The translations under genes and the position numbers were made by a program. Below the pieces are notes generated by a model. It saw nothing but the letters and a program-made list of their open reading frames with translations. It searched no databases and had not been told where the DNA came from. Positions 22,350 through 36,300 of a stretch of 64,000 nt of DNA are shown in pieces; within the stretch, counting starts at the first letter, position 1, and each line of letters starts with the position of its first letter. This stretch comes from Anaeramoeba ignava BMAN (Eukaryota; Protista; Anaeramoebae): contig JAPDFW010000059.1 in assembly GCA_028826165.1 (NCBI GenBank), positions 620,001 through 684,000 of the forward strand, given 5' to 3'.

Positions 22350-25119
22350 TCAATAAAATTTCCATAATAAAGTAATAATAAAGAATATAATTAAAATCAA
22401 TATTCTACTTATAAATTTAATATCCAAAGTTGTTCTTTTTTGATAAATTTTTTTTTCAATCTTTTCAAAAGTTTGCGAATAATTTCAATGATTTTTTCAG
22501 AACAAATAATTTTTCAAAAAGAAATTGTTTTTGTGTATAAATATCAGAAATATGAACTGCTAAAACACCAGCTACTTTTTCTTTTTCTTTATATTGTTGT
22601 TTTGTTACATCTTGATCAACTAAATCATAAATTTCATCGAATGATTCTTGTTCCAAAAAACCACGATAATTTGAATTAAAATTTTGTCCAAAATTTAATC
22701 CTTTTTGGGAAATTGGAGCAACTTTCTTTTTCAAAAAATTCATTTTTTGTTTTTGGTTTTGTTTTTGTTTTCCTTTTCCTCCCATTTTAGATAATTGATT
22801 TATAATTGATGAACTAGACTTTCTTTTTGATTGAGGTTCTTGGATTTCTGTATTTGGATTTTTTGAAAATGAATTAATTTCTATTAAATCACCAACAAAT
22901 TCAGAAAATTTATAATTTTTTGGAACATAAAGAGTTATGCATAAATAGTTAATAGGAAGATCAAATATTGGAGTTGAAATGAATAATTTCCCTGATTTTT
23001 TAAGTGGTGATTGATGATGTTTGATAAAAACAAATTCAATATCAAAAGGAGGTTGATCTGGATTTGAAGAATCTGATTTTTTCAATGGAACCAAAATTAA
23101 AGAATTTTTATCTATTGCTGGTTTGACAGATTTTCCATCAACTAAAGTTGACCACAATTCACAATCACTTGATTTGGAATCTTCATCTTCATCTTCATCA
23201 TTTTCTTTTTCTTTTTCTGATGTTTTTTCTTCCATCAACACTCTTAAGAATTGGTTTTGAGTGTTTCTTACTTTGAGTTTGCAAGTATAAAGAACTTCTC
23301 CATTTTCTGAATATAATACTTTAATGTGTGCGGTTTCAATAATAGATATTAATACTTTTGCATCTTTGTGTTTTGTAACTTTGAGAACAATATCAAATTC
23401 AGGAATTAAAAATTTATAAGCATAAAGAAGTGAACCTCCTCTTGAAAATTGATAAAATTTATCATAAATTTCATATGTACTAATTTTAATAAGATTGGTA
23501 ATTTCGCATTCATTAATTTCCACATTTGTTCTTGCTTCAACAGCAACAAATCCTGTTTCTCTATTAATTTTACCCATACATTCAAAAACAGGTAAAACTA
23601 CATCACAACTTGTAGATTTCATTTCCAATTCAGTTTCCAAAATGAGGTGGTAATTGTTTTCAACAGAACATTCAAGCCAAATTTTGAGTATTTGTTTTTT
23701 TTGGATAATATTTTCATCATTTTCATCATTTTCAATATTTTCATTATTTTCATTATTTTCATTATTTTCATTATTTTCATCATTTTCATCATTTTCATTA
23801 TTTTCATTATTTTCATTATTTTCATTATTTTCATCATTTTCATCATTTTCATCATTTTCATCATTTTCATCATTTTCATCTTCTTCTTTTCTTGAGGAAA
23901 CTTCCCATTTTTTAATTGAATGTCCTTTCAAATTTAAAATCTTAAACTTAGGTTTACTTCCTATATTTGGAATAGCAATCTCTAAATAAGATTTAGCTCC
24001 ATTACTAATTTCATAATTAAATTCAGCAATCGTTAAAACAACTCCTTCTCCAATGGAATGCAATACATTCTGTTCAACATTCGTAATCATTTCTTTTTTT
24101 TCTTCCTTTTCTTCTCCTTCTTTTTTTTCTTCTTCAATTTTATTTTCTTGATCTGATTCTGATTCTGATTCTGATTCTGATTCTGAAAATTCCATTTTTT
24201 GAGGTTCAATCCAAGAAATTGAAAGCTTATTTTGGGAGAGAAAATTTGATTTCAAAGTTGTTAAACCTTTGCCTTCAATTTTATTATCCACATTTTCCAT
24301 TTCTTTTTTCTCTTCCCATCTTTGATTTGAATTATCAATAGCTTCAGAACAAAATACCTTCACTTTTTGATCACTGGGGATTGAATAAATTAATTCATTT
24401 TTGATTGAAATGGGGATTCTAAAATTTAATTCTTTCCCTCTTTCTGTTGAATAAGGAACAAGATATTCAATTCCAACTTCAAAATTACCAGCTTGATTTG
24501 TAATGAAATTATAAGAACTCTCACCAACTTCAATATTTGAAAATCCTTGTTGTTCTTCTTTTGAAACTAATTGCTTTCCATTCTCAAGAAGTTGAATATC
24601 AGATTCTACAATCGAAATATTCTTATCAAATAAAGGAATTGTAATAAATCCATTTATTGGAACTTTCAAAACTGAAATATAAATAGTTGAATTGAATAAA
24701 GAATGTTTTTTGTAAGCCAATCCATTATAAACAGCATTATAAACAATAAATTTTAATTGAGGATTAGAATTTTTCATTTGAGAAAGAATTTTAAGTAAAT
24801 TTCTTGTTGTCAATTTGACGTTTGATTTCCATTTATCATTAATTATTGTTTTTGATTTTTCTGTAAGAATTTTGATAATACTAAACGGGATATCAAGTGG
24901 TCGAGGTGTAAATGATAAATAATTACTTGATTTTTCTGATTTTTCTAATTCTTCTAATTCTCTAAGAAGCTCATCATCATCAAAATTATCAATAATTTCA
25001 TCACACATATCAGTAAGGTTATTATATAAAACGTCTTCAATTTGATCCATTTCTACCATTTCATCCATAACATCATCACACATATCAGTTAATTGATCAG
25101 TATTAAAATTAAAACTCAT
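22350..25119 (-). CDS. Uncharacterised ~920 aa protein: ESCRT-III-like N-terminal helices, beta-rich body, probable C-terminal transmembrane anchor (frameshift near 22467)
   Basis: 884-aa ORF; removing one T at TTT-TGA extends it with EKIEKKIYQKRTTLDIKFISRILILIIFFIITLLWKFY* ending at 22350. Confidence 0.75.
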
Positions 25120-25197
25120 TTTTTTTTAATAATAATAATTCCAAAAAATAAAATAAAAAAATGAAAAAAATGAAATTTTATTTTTTAAAAAAAATTC

Positions 25198-27147
25198 TCA
25201 TAAATTTTTCATTTTATTTTTTCGAATTTTGGATAATTTTTTGTTGAAATAATCAAGTGAATAAATTTGGAAATATTCACTAATATTATTATTCATTTCT
25301 TCAATAACTTCAAATGGTAAATCATTTTCTAATTCATCAAAATAAAGATAATGAATAAAAGCTTGGATTGTTTCAAATTTCCGATTAGAATAATCATGAA
25401 CTTGATTTGAATCATCTTTAACATGAAGAAACATTCCTCTAAATAATTGACTTCTTGCAGCAATAATAATTTTATGAGTTTTGATTGGTTTACCTTCTGC
25501 AATTATTGAAAAATCCTTTGTTTGATCTTGAGTAAATAATTTTTGAAGATCTCTTTTCAATCCAGAACAAAATGATTTGGATTCAATCACTTTTTCTTCA
25601 AGTCCAAGTTTCTTTAAAATTTGAAGTGATTTATTTTCCAATTTTCCCCAATAAATCCATTGGAGAATCGAATCAACATCTTCTTTGGGATGAATTTTTA
25701 GAATAGTCTTTAAATTTCCAATTAATTCAAATCCAATTCGAAGTTGCAAAATTAAAGAATGCACAACTTTTTTCCCTTGTTTATATTCAATTTCATCATC
25801 ACAAAATTCTTCTCTTTCCAGTAACATTGCAAATTCAGAACTGAGTGATGTATTATTTCGAGAAAAAACAAACGAATTCAATGGTCCACAATGAACCACA
25901 AGTTCGTTTTGTTTGTCCAATCCTCTAATTTCCAATTTAGTCGGAATTGTTACCATACTGTTCTGAATTCCGAGTTGGCCATATCTATTTGAGCCCCACA
26001 CATAAATTTCATTCGCTTCATTCAAAGCAATGGTATGTACTCTTCCGCAAGAAATTTGCTTAATATTTTCATTTTTTAAAGTCGGAATTTTTTGGAACAT
26101 ACAAATATCTTTTGATAATCCAATTCCATTTTCAAAAGAACCAGTTGAATAAACTCTTCCAATCCCTTTTTCATTAGCTAGTAAAACTGAAAAATAGTAT
26201 CCACATTGGATATCTATCACTTCATCCACTTCTTGGGGAAGAGAAACTAATGTAGGTGAGTTTGTTGTTTGGAAATCATTTACTCCAAGTTGCCCATATG
26301 TATTTAATCCTGCTCCATATAATTTGTTATCCTTTGAAACAAAGAAATATCGATAAACTTGATTTCCTGAAAAAATTTTTTTGACATTTTTGGAAATTGT
26401 TTTCCATCTTAATTTATTTTGTTCTTGAACTGAAAAAGTGGAAGGCAAAAAAAATTGGAAAACGGATTGGACTGAAAAGTAAAAAAAAAATTTTTTTAAA
26501 AACAAACAAACAAACAAACAAACAAGTATTTGTTTTGATTATTCTTACGATTATCATCAATAGATTCAAAATTTTGAAATCCAAAAGAATAAAGAGCACC
26601 TTCTTCAATTAAAACAAAATATTGATCAGCTCCACAAGCAATATCAATAACATTCTCCTTAATAAAGGAATCAATGATTTGAGGATATAAATATTTTGCA
26701 TTTTCTTTTGTTAATAAATCTTTTCCCCAAAAATAAACATTTCCATCTTCAGATAATCCTAAAAAAATTAATTCTCCAGCACTTATTTTTGAGAAGTTGA
26801 TTTTCTTCTTTTTTTGTTGAGATTTTGATTCATCTTGTGAATTTATTTCTTTTGGAAAATTTCCAAAAATACAAAATTCTTTATTAGAACCAATTAAAGT
26901 TGTTTCTGTTTTACAAGAACTAATATAATTTACAAATCCATCATCAAAAACAGAAAAAGGTTGAGGTTTTTTAATTTGATTTAGATTTGAAACAAATGGA
27001 AGTTGTTTATATTGATTATCTCTATTAAATTTTTGAATTTTGATTATTTTTTTATATTTTGTTTGTTTGTTCCAATAAAAGAATAAAAATAAATAAATAA
27101 ATAAATAAATTTATAAAAACTAACCCCCAAGTAAAATTATTATTCAT
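25198..27147 (-). CDS. Divergent RCC1-repeat + BTB-BTB protein with ~2 introns (~27125-27022 and ~26520-26473)
   Basis: MNNNFTWG|DNQYKQL..ISAGENYFLGLSEDGNVYFWG..IACG..; GLNTYGQLG, ISCGRVHTIAL, GSNRYGQLG; BTB KDFSIIAEGKPIKTHKIIIAARSQLFRGMF. Exact second donor is ambiguous inside a GTTT repeat. Confidence 0.85.
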
Positions 27148-27395
27148 TTTATTTTTAAAAAGATTAGAAAATAAACTAAATAACTAATAAATTAATTAAT
27201 TTAAAAAAAAAATGTCAAAATGAAAAATGAAAAAAATGAAAAAATGAAAAAAATGAAATTTCATCATTAAGTGGAAAAGGAGAAAAAGAAAAAAAAGAAG
27301 AAAAGAAGAAAAGAAGAAAAATTATTTTTTCATTTTTTCTTCTTCATTTTTTTCCTTTTTTTCCTTTTTTTTTTTTAAATCAATTTAATTAATTA

Positions 27396-30300
27396 ATGAA
27401 TCAAAAGTATTATTTTTTTTTCTATCCTGGAAAGAATGAAACTTCAAATGATATAAGTTTTTTTATTATAAATGATCCAAAACATTCAAAAGAATTAAAT
27501 TTATTAGAAAATGAAAATGAAAATGAAAATGAAAATGAAAATAAAAATGAAAATGAAAATAAAATTTCAACATTTATTTATGTTTTTGAAGATAAAGATG
27601 AAAATATTCAACAAATTGGTTCAATAAAAATTTCAATTTTTTATCAGAAAACAGGAAAGAATATCAGTTCTAATTTAAAATTTGAACCTAATAATTATTT
27701 CTATTTTATAATAAGTGATACTTTAAAAGAAAAAGATCATACTCAAATTGGAATTTTTTTTCTTCACAAAATTTTTGGTGAATTTATTATTCAAAATGAT
27801 ACTCAAAATTCTTCTAAATTTTTTCAAGTTCTAAAAGCAATTAAATCTCTTGAAAAATTAGAAATTTTTCAAAATGAATTTCCATTAATTATTTCAAAAT
27901 ATTTGAGAATGATTTTTAAAAATCAAATTCAAAATCAAATTGAAATTGAAAATCAAAATGAAAATCAAAATCAAAATCAAAATCAAAATCAAAATCAAAA
28001 TCAAAATCAAAATCAAAATCAAAATCAAATTGAAAATTGAAAATCAAAATCAAAATCAAAATCAAAATCAAAATGAAAATCAAAATGAAAATCAAAATCA
28101 AAATCAAAATCAAAATCAAAATCAAAATCAAAATCAAAATCAAAATCAAAATCAAAATCAAAATCAAAATGAAAATGAAAATGAAAATGAAAATCAAAAT
28201 GAAATTGAAAATCAAATTGAAAATCAAATTGAAATTTATGATAATTACTTTGATTCAAATGAAAATGAAACTAATATTGAACTATTCATGGTTTATCGAA
28301 TTATATTAACTAAATATCGCCAAGAGTTTAATGAATATTTTATTCATTTTTTGAATGATAAAAAATCAACTCTCTTTCATTTATTAGAAATATTCCAAAG
28401 TAATTGCGAAAATTATCAATCTGAAGTTAAAGAATTTCAAGAAATTATCATTAAATTATTCGATAGTAATAGAGAGAATTCTATTAATATAATTATAAAT
28501 TTATTAGTTTCCTTATTTATCGAAGATTTTGTAATAAAAGAAAAGAAGGAATATCTAAATAATAACAACAAAATAGAATTATATAAAACATTTCATAAAT
28601 TAAATTTTGAAGAAGAGAAAGAGGATGATATTTTTAATAGAAATAAATTTTTGGATACATCATATTATCCTTATCTTAGGGGGTTATTATCTATGATTTT
28701 CGAAAAATTTACAAAACTAAATAATAATCTACTGGATATTTTCCTTAAAGATAAACTATACATTTTAATTTTGATGATGATTCAACAAATTGGCAAATTT
28801 GGATTAGAAAAATGTTTCCAAGGTTATCTACAAATTTATGAAAAAATCCATCAAAATACAAATCAAAATGATGAAAATGATAATGATATTGATATTGATA
28901 TTGATATTGATATTGAAAATGAAAATGAAAATGATATTGAAATAAATGAAAATGAAAATGAAAATGATATTGAAATAAATGAAAATGATTCTTATACTGA
29001 TAGTGATACTGATTATGATACCGATAGTGATATGGAAAATCAAAATAATGAAAATAATAATAATAATGAAAATGAAAATGAAAATGAAAATGATAATGAA
29101 AATAATGAAAATAATGAAAATAATGAAAATGATAATAGTGATGATAATGATAGTGATACTGATACTGATTATGATACCGATAGTGATATGGAAAATCAAA
29201 ATAATCAAAATAATGAAAATAATGAAAATGATAATGAAAATGAAAATGAAAATAATGAAAATGATAATAAAAATGAAAATGAAAATGATATTGAAATAAA
29301 TGAAAATGATTCTTATACTGATAGTGATACTGATACTGATACTGATACTGATAGTGATATGGAAAATCAAAATAATGAAAATAATAATAATAATGAAAAT
29401 GATAATGAAAATGATAATGAAAATGAAAATGAAAATGATAATAATAATGAAAATGAAAATGATAATGAAAATAATGAAAATAATGAAAATAATGAAAATG
29501 ATAATATTGATGATAATGATAGTGATACTGATAATAGTGATACTGATACTGATTATGATACCGATAGTGATATGGAAAATCAAAATAATGAAAATAATGA
29601 AAATAATAATAAAAATGAAAATAATAATGAAAATAATAATGAAAATAATCAAGATGAAGATGATAATAATGATAATAATGATAATAATAATAATAATGAT
29701 GATAATGATAATAGTGATGATAATGATGATAATGATAATAGTGATGATAATGATAATAATAATAATAATGATAATAATAATCAAAATAATCAAAATAACC
29801 AAAATAATCAAAATAACCAAAATAATCAAAATAATAATGAAAATAATCAAGATGATAATGATGATAATGATAATAGTGATAATAATGATAATAATGATAA
29901 TAATGATAATAATAAAAATGAAAATAATAATGATAATCAAGATGATAATGATAATAATAATAATAATAATAATAATGATAATAATGATAATAGTAATAAT
30001 AATGATAATCAAGATGATAATGATAATAATAATAATAATAATAATAATGATAATAATGATAATAGTAATAATAATGATAATAATGAAGATAATAATAATA
30101 ATGATAATAATGATAATAATGACAATAGTGATAATAATGACAATAGTGATGATAATGATAATAATGACAATAATCATAAAAATGAAAATAATGAAAATAA
30201 TAATGATAATAATGATAATAATCAAAATAATAATAATGAAAATCAAAATCAAAATAATCAAGATGAAGATGATAATAATGATAATAATGATAATAATGAT

Positions 30301-33300
30301 AATAGTGATGATAATGATAATAGTGATGATAATGATAATAATGATGATAATGATAATGATAATAATGATAATAAATAAAAAATAATGATAATAAAAATCA
30401 AAATCAAAATAATCAAAACATTCGAAATTATGATCAAATAATTGATCCAGTATATAAAAAACAAACCATAATAGATCTTACTAATTATGATAACAATCAA
30501 CATAAAAAGAAAAAAAATATTTTTGTTAATATTGGAAAAAAAATAATCAAACCTTTTTCATATATCTACAAAAAAATTATGAAACTTATCAAAAAATCAA
30601 ACTCTGAGGATAGTAATCAAAATGAACAACATTCAGATTTACATAGCATTTATTATTCAATTAATTACATAGAACAATATCAAATTATTATTAAGGAAAT
30701 ATCAAATTCAGAATCTAATTTTGGGAATAATAAAAACAAAGATTTCTTAAATTTCAATGATTATTTAAAATTCAAAGAAAATGCAAAAAAAATAATGCAA
30801 AAAACTATTGAAAATGAATTTTTTAATGAAAAAGATGATTGGCTCAAAGTATTCAGTTCATCTTCTCTAGAACCCATTTCAATTCTTTCAGATTTTATAA
30901 TTCGAAATCTATTAAAACAATTTCTCTCAATTCCCAAAAAAATTCCTTTATGGGAAAAATTAATTAAAACAATCCCAAATAATTTAGAAGAAGCTTTCCA
31001 ATTTTTAAATTAGAAAACTCAGAAATCTTAAAATGCTGTTTATTATTTACATGGATCAGCAAATTGAAAGAAAAAAAAGACAATTCAATTCAAAAATTTG
31101 AATTTCTAAAAGAAATTGATCAATATTATAACCAAATATTAACATTCTTGAAAAAAGAAACAAAATTAATCAGCTTTATTGATTTGAAGTTGTTAATTAA
31201 AAAAAAAATTTTATTATTGGGGGAATGCAAATCTCTTTATCAAGAAACGGAAGTATTTTACCAAACAATATTTAAGGATTTGAATGACAAGAAAAAAAAA
31301 CTTATAGAATTAAAAAAGAGTGGAAAACTAAACCATGATGATCAATCAAATGTTGAAAAAGCAATTTCGGATTATGAAAATACTTTAATACCAATTCAGG
31401 AACTCGAACAGTCTTTAATTTTTTTAGAAACACTCATTAATTCAATTAATAAAGAAAAGATTATTTTTAATCCTATAAATCTATCAAAAAGCATTTCGCA
31501 AGTAAATCCATCTAAAGATAAAACAGAATTACCAGATGGTTATTTGGAAAGGAATATGGCAAATTCTATGTTTGTTTCAACTAAAAATCCTCGGAAAGAA
31601 AAACCAAATTTGCAAAGATACAAAGATCTAGAGAATTTCCAGAAAAGATTCAACGCAACTCTATCTTTAATTCCAAATTTTCTTTCTCATTTTCATTTTC
31701 AAAATGAATATTACATCAAGTTCTTTAATCCAATTTGGCAGAAAAAAAGATTAAAAAATGAATTGAAAGAACTCGATAATATTCTCAAACAAGTAGAAAA
31801 TTTACACGAAAAATTACATTTTTCAAATAAAAAGAATTTGCTTTTATTTATTCAGATAATTGATATTTTCCAAAATTTCAAAAATGATAACCATTTCGAT
31901 AGTTTTCTCAACTCTTCAAACGATATCAATAAAATTGCACAAATTTTATCAGAAATCAGAGAAAGAATGAGAAAATACATTTATCATGAAAAACCATTTG
32001 CTTCTTTCACTGAACTGATTGATCTTATCAACAAAATAGAACAAAATCAAAAACCATCTATTGAGCAACTTATTTTACAAAAAAAATTAATTCCCGTTCT
32101 TCCAGCAATCAAAGAATCACTCAAATCAAAACTCATTTCTATTCATCAAGCATTAGAGAAATTATCTCATTTTTTTGGAAATCAACAATCTACCTTAATA
32201 TTCGATTATTCATTTTCAATTAAAGAAGTATTTTTATCTGAAATAGAAGGAATAAGAGCATTCTCATTGTATGATTTTTTCCAGATTAACATTATTTGCA
32301 ATAACACCGATTTCCAAAATGACCAAAACTTTTTAAATAAATCAGGAAATATTCAGAAATTTATCGTCGATTTCCCTCAAATATTTCGATTTATTGATAA
32401 AATTTCGCTCCTTTGTAGAGAATTGAAGAAATGGTTTTATGTTGATTTCCAACAAAATTATCAAATTAAAATTCAATCTTCTTCATCATTAACCTCTAAC
32501 AAATTACTTAAAAAATTAGCACAAGTTGAAAAGGAACTTTCTGAAAAATTGTCCAAATGGATAAGCCAAATGAACAATATTCGTCAAAAATACTTTTCAA
32601 TTGCTATATTTTCTCAAAAACAAATTTCTTATATTCTCAATTACATCTTACTCAAAAAAGAAAAAGAAAAAGAAAAAGAAAAAGAAAAAGAAAAATTTCT
32701 TGCTCTTCTTTCTTCTTTTAATCCAAAAATATCTGAACAGGATATTGATAAATTACAAAATATATTTTTATCAAAAGAAAGAGACTCAACTAATTTGGAA
32801 AAATTTGCTCAAAATTTAATTGATATTGAAGATTCAATTAGGAAAAGAATAATCAAAATACAAATAGAGGATGAAGATCAAGCACTGAATACATTTTTGG
32901 ATTCAGGAAATCAAAATCTTGTTTTCTTCTATCAATTACAATATAAAACACAAGTTTATGAAATTGCAACAAGTTTTTATTTTGCATATTGCAAGCATTT
33001 CCCATTAAAAGAAAATGTTTTGATTTGTGATTCTAACACAAAACAGGAGCATATTGAGAATTTCTTTGCTGTTTATCAAATATACAATCAAAATTGCGAT
33101 AAAATTGGAAAAGATCATTTGTTCACAATTTTTCATGCTCAAAAATTATCTAAAGAACTTTCTAATTTCCTATCTGAAAAGATACAATCAGTCAAATTCA
33201 AAACATATATCCCGCTGATAATTTTCTTTTACAAAAGAAATATTTATTCTTTTGATATAATAAATGATTTTTCTTTGGATTTGATTTTGCAAAACATTTC

Positions 33301-36300
33301 CCCTCTTTCTCATAAATCCTTGGAATCAATTTTCAAAAAATCTTGCAAATTATATCAAAATATTCGTTTATTTACTTCTCAATTATGTGGAACGGGGAAA
33401 AGTTATCAAATAAGAAAAGAATGTTTTCTATTAAAAAACCAGAAATATTTCCATATTGTACTTACAAAAGAATCACCATTAGAAATTATCCAAAAAATAA
33501 ATTTTTTCAGATCCAAAAATTCAAACCCTCAAAACAAATCCAATTTCTTCCATATCGAATTGCCTTTCTTTCCAAAATTGAGAACCTTAGATTTTCTTTG
33601 GGCATTAACGATGTGGAATCTAATTGAAACCAAAAATAATATTTCAAGTATCAATAACTCAATTTGTACTTTTGCTAATAATAATGAAATATTAATGTTT
33701 GAAATCCCAAGTAACCAAAATCCAGACTCTGAAAATGGATTGAATCATTTCCCGCCGTTGAAGTATTTTCAAAACAAAGAATGCAAAGTGAGTTCAAAAG
33801 AATTTGGTTTCAAAAAATATGTTTTCAATCAAAAACAATTTCAAATTGAAAAACAAACAGATGAAGAATTGAAAAAATTTATGATAAATGTTGAAGTGTT
33901 TCAAAAGAAAAGATCAAAAGATGATCAAAAAGAGTCTAAACTTAAGAAAAAAGAATTGTTTTTCAAATTTGTCAAAAAATATCTTTCACAAAAATTACCT
34001 GACAAAATTTTCACTTTTAGGATGATTTCAGATTTTTGTTCATTTCTGAGAAATAAAAATAGTTTACTATTAGTTGATCCCAAAATCAAACAACAGTTGC
34101 AGTCAAAAATTAATCAAAATGAAAATAGCAAAACCACAAAAAAAGACAAGGGAACGATCGAAAATTTATAGCTCAATATGTTGATCTTTATTTGTATTCA
34201 ATTACAAATCTTGTTGCACCTTCACTTAAATGGAAAACAAGTAAAATGACAAATTATTCTGAATTGGAAAATCTATTTTTTTTATTAAAAGAAAAAATTA
34301 CTTGGAATCAAAGAACGTTTTGCTTTCCAATAATATCAAAACAAAAGAAAGTGAATAAATACAAATTTAAGATTATCAGCAACAAAGAAATGAAGTCATT
34401 ATTTTTTAGGGATTTCCAAGCATTTATTGATTCTCAAGAATATTTTTCTTTTGAAGAAATGATACCAACACAATCCAAAGATGGTATTTCTTTATCAAAT
34501 TTTTACAAATTTGCAACCAATTTAACTCAGAAGATATCAAAATCAATAAGACAAAAGTTAACCAGCAAAATAACAAGACAAAAGAACTTGGCAATTTCCT
34601 TACATATAATAACGCACTAAAGATTTTCCATATCAAATTCAGGTTTTTTTCGAATATTCCTGTAATTTTTGTTGATGGAAATGATTACGAAAAGATATTT
34701 TTAATCAAGTATTTGGTTGAAGTTGTAATGAACCAAAAATTGATAATTTTTTTAATCAATCCAAACACATCAGAACAAGATATTATTCAATTTATAAATC
34801 AACAAGAAGAAAATACTCATTTAACTATATTATTCCATGAGATTAATACTGCTTCAAAAGGATGCATCATCTTATTAAAGGAAATACTACTAGATCGCTC
34901 TTGTAATGGAGTGCCTTTGGATCCCAAAATTAATTTATTGGCTTCATTGAAAACTTTCTCACAAAAGGAATTTAAAGAACTTCAAACTAAAATTCAAATC
35001 CAAAAAGAAATTGATGATGCAAATGATAATAATAGCAATAGCAATAACATGGACAAAGAACTTAAAAACAAGAAAATAAATGAAACCATTATTTATCCTC
35101 GCTTGATTCCTGATTCATTTTATGATGAAATTTTTGATTTTGGATCACTGGAAAATAACGAAGAAACGAAATATATTTCGCTAATTGTGGAAAGAAAACT
35201 CAAAGAAATTGAAGAAGCATATCTCCAAAAGTCACTATTTTTCAATTTCTCTAATGACAAAAAATATATTTTTGAGATCATAAACTACTCACGTAATTAT
35301 ATTCAAAAAGAACGAGAAAAAGGTTTTTATTTGTTTTATGACGTGATTTATTTTGTTCGAGTGCTTTCATGGATTTTATCAAATCAATCAGCAGAGACAT
35401 TGATAGAGCAATCTAATCCTTCAATAAGATTGAAATTATCTATTCCAATTTCATTATATTTTGTTTATGCTTCAAATTTAATTGGGAACGACAGAAATGC
35501 ATTTTTATCAGGAATAGAAAATGACTTAATTAAAGAAAATATCCAAGAAACTATAAATAAAATTTCAAATAGAGCAATTCAATTATTCAATATTAATTTT
35601 TCAAAGAGAAATATTGCTGAAACTCTTCCATTAAAAGAAAATATATTATTCATTCTAATTTCATTTTTTACAAGAATACCTTTATTGATAAATGGCAAAT
35701 CGAAAGGTAAAATATCACAAAAAAAATTATTAAATTTCCAAAAAGAAAACTAAATAATAAATATATTTTTTTTCCCTTTATTTTCCTCATTATAAACTAG
35801 GAACTTCTCGATCAATAGCATTTCAAATTATTTTGGATTCTTTTAACAGAAATTCAAACCAAAAAAACAAATTTACAAAATTAGAAATAATTGAAATTCA
35901 TTGTTCTGAATTAATATCATCTTCTTTTCTGAAACAAAAATTTGAAGATGCTAAAAAATTGGAAAACCAACAAAACATAATTCCTGTTATAATTTTTAAG
36001 GAAGTTGAGAATTTAAAGAAAGAAGCTTTTTGTGTTCTCCATTCAGAAATCCGGAAAAATTTATCTGAAGAAATAATTTCGGAAAATTCAAATTTGTGGA
36101 TTGTTTTATTTTCAAATTTGGATGATGAATTTGATATTCCAGCAGTTGTTTTAAATGAAAGAAAATTAAATGAAAAAGAGTTAGAAATGATAACAACAGA
36201 GATTTTAGGATCTCTTTCTAAAGAATTTCCTGAAAAGTATCAGCAAGATTTTGTGGCAGAGTTTCTGCTAATTCTTAATAACAAAAAAGAGAAGAGAAAA

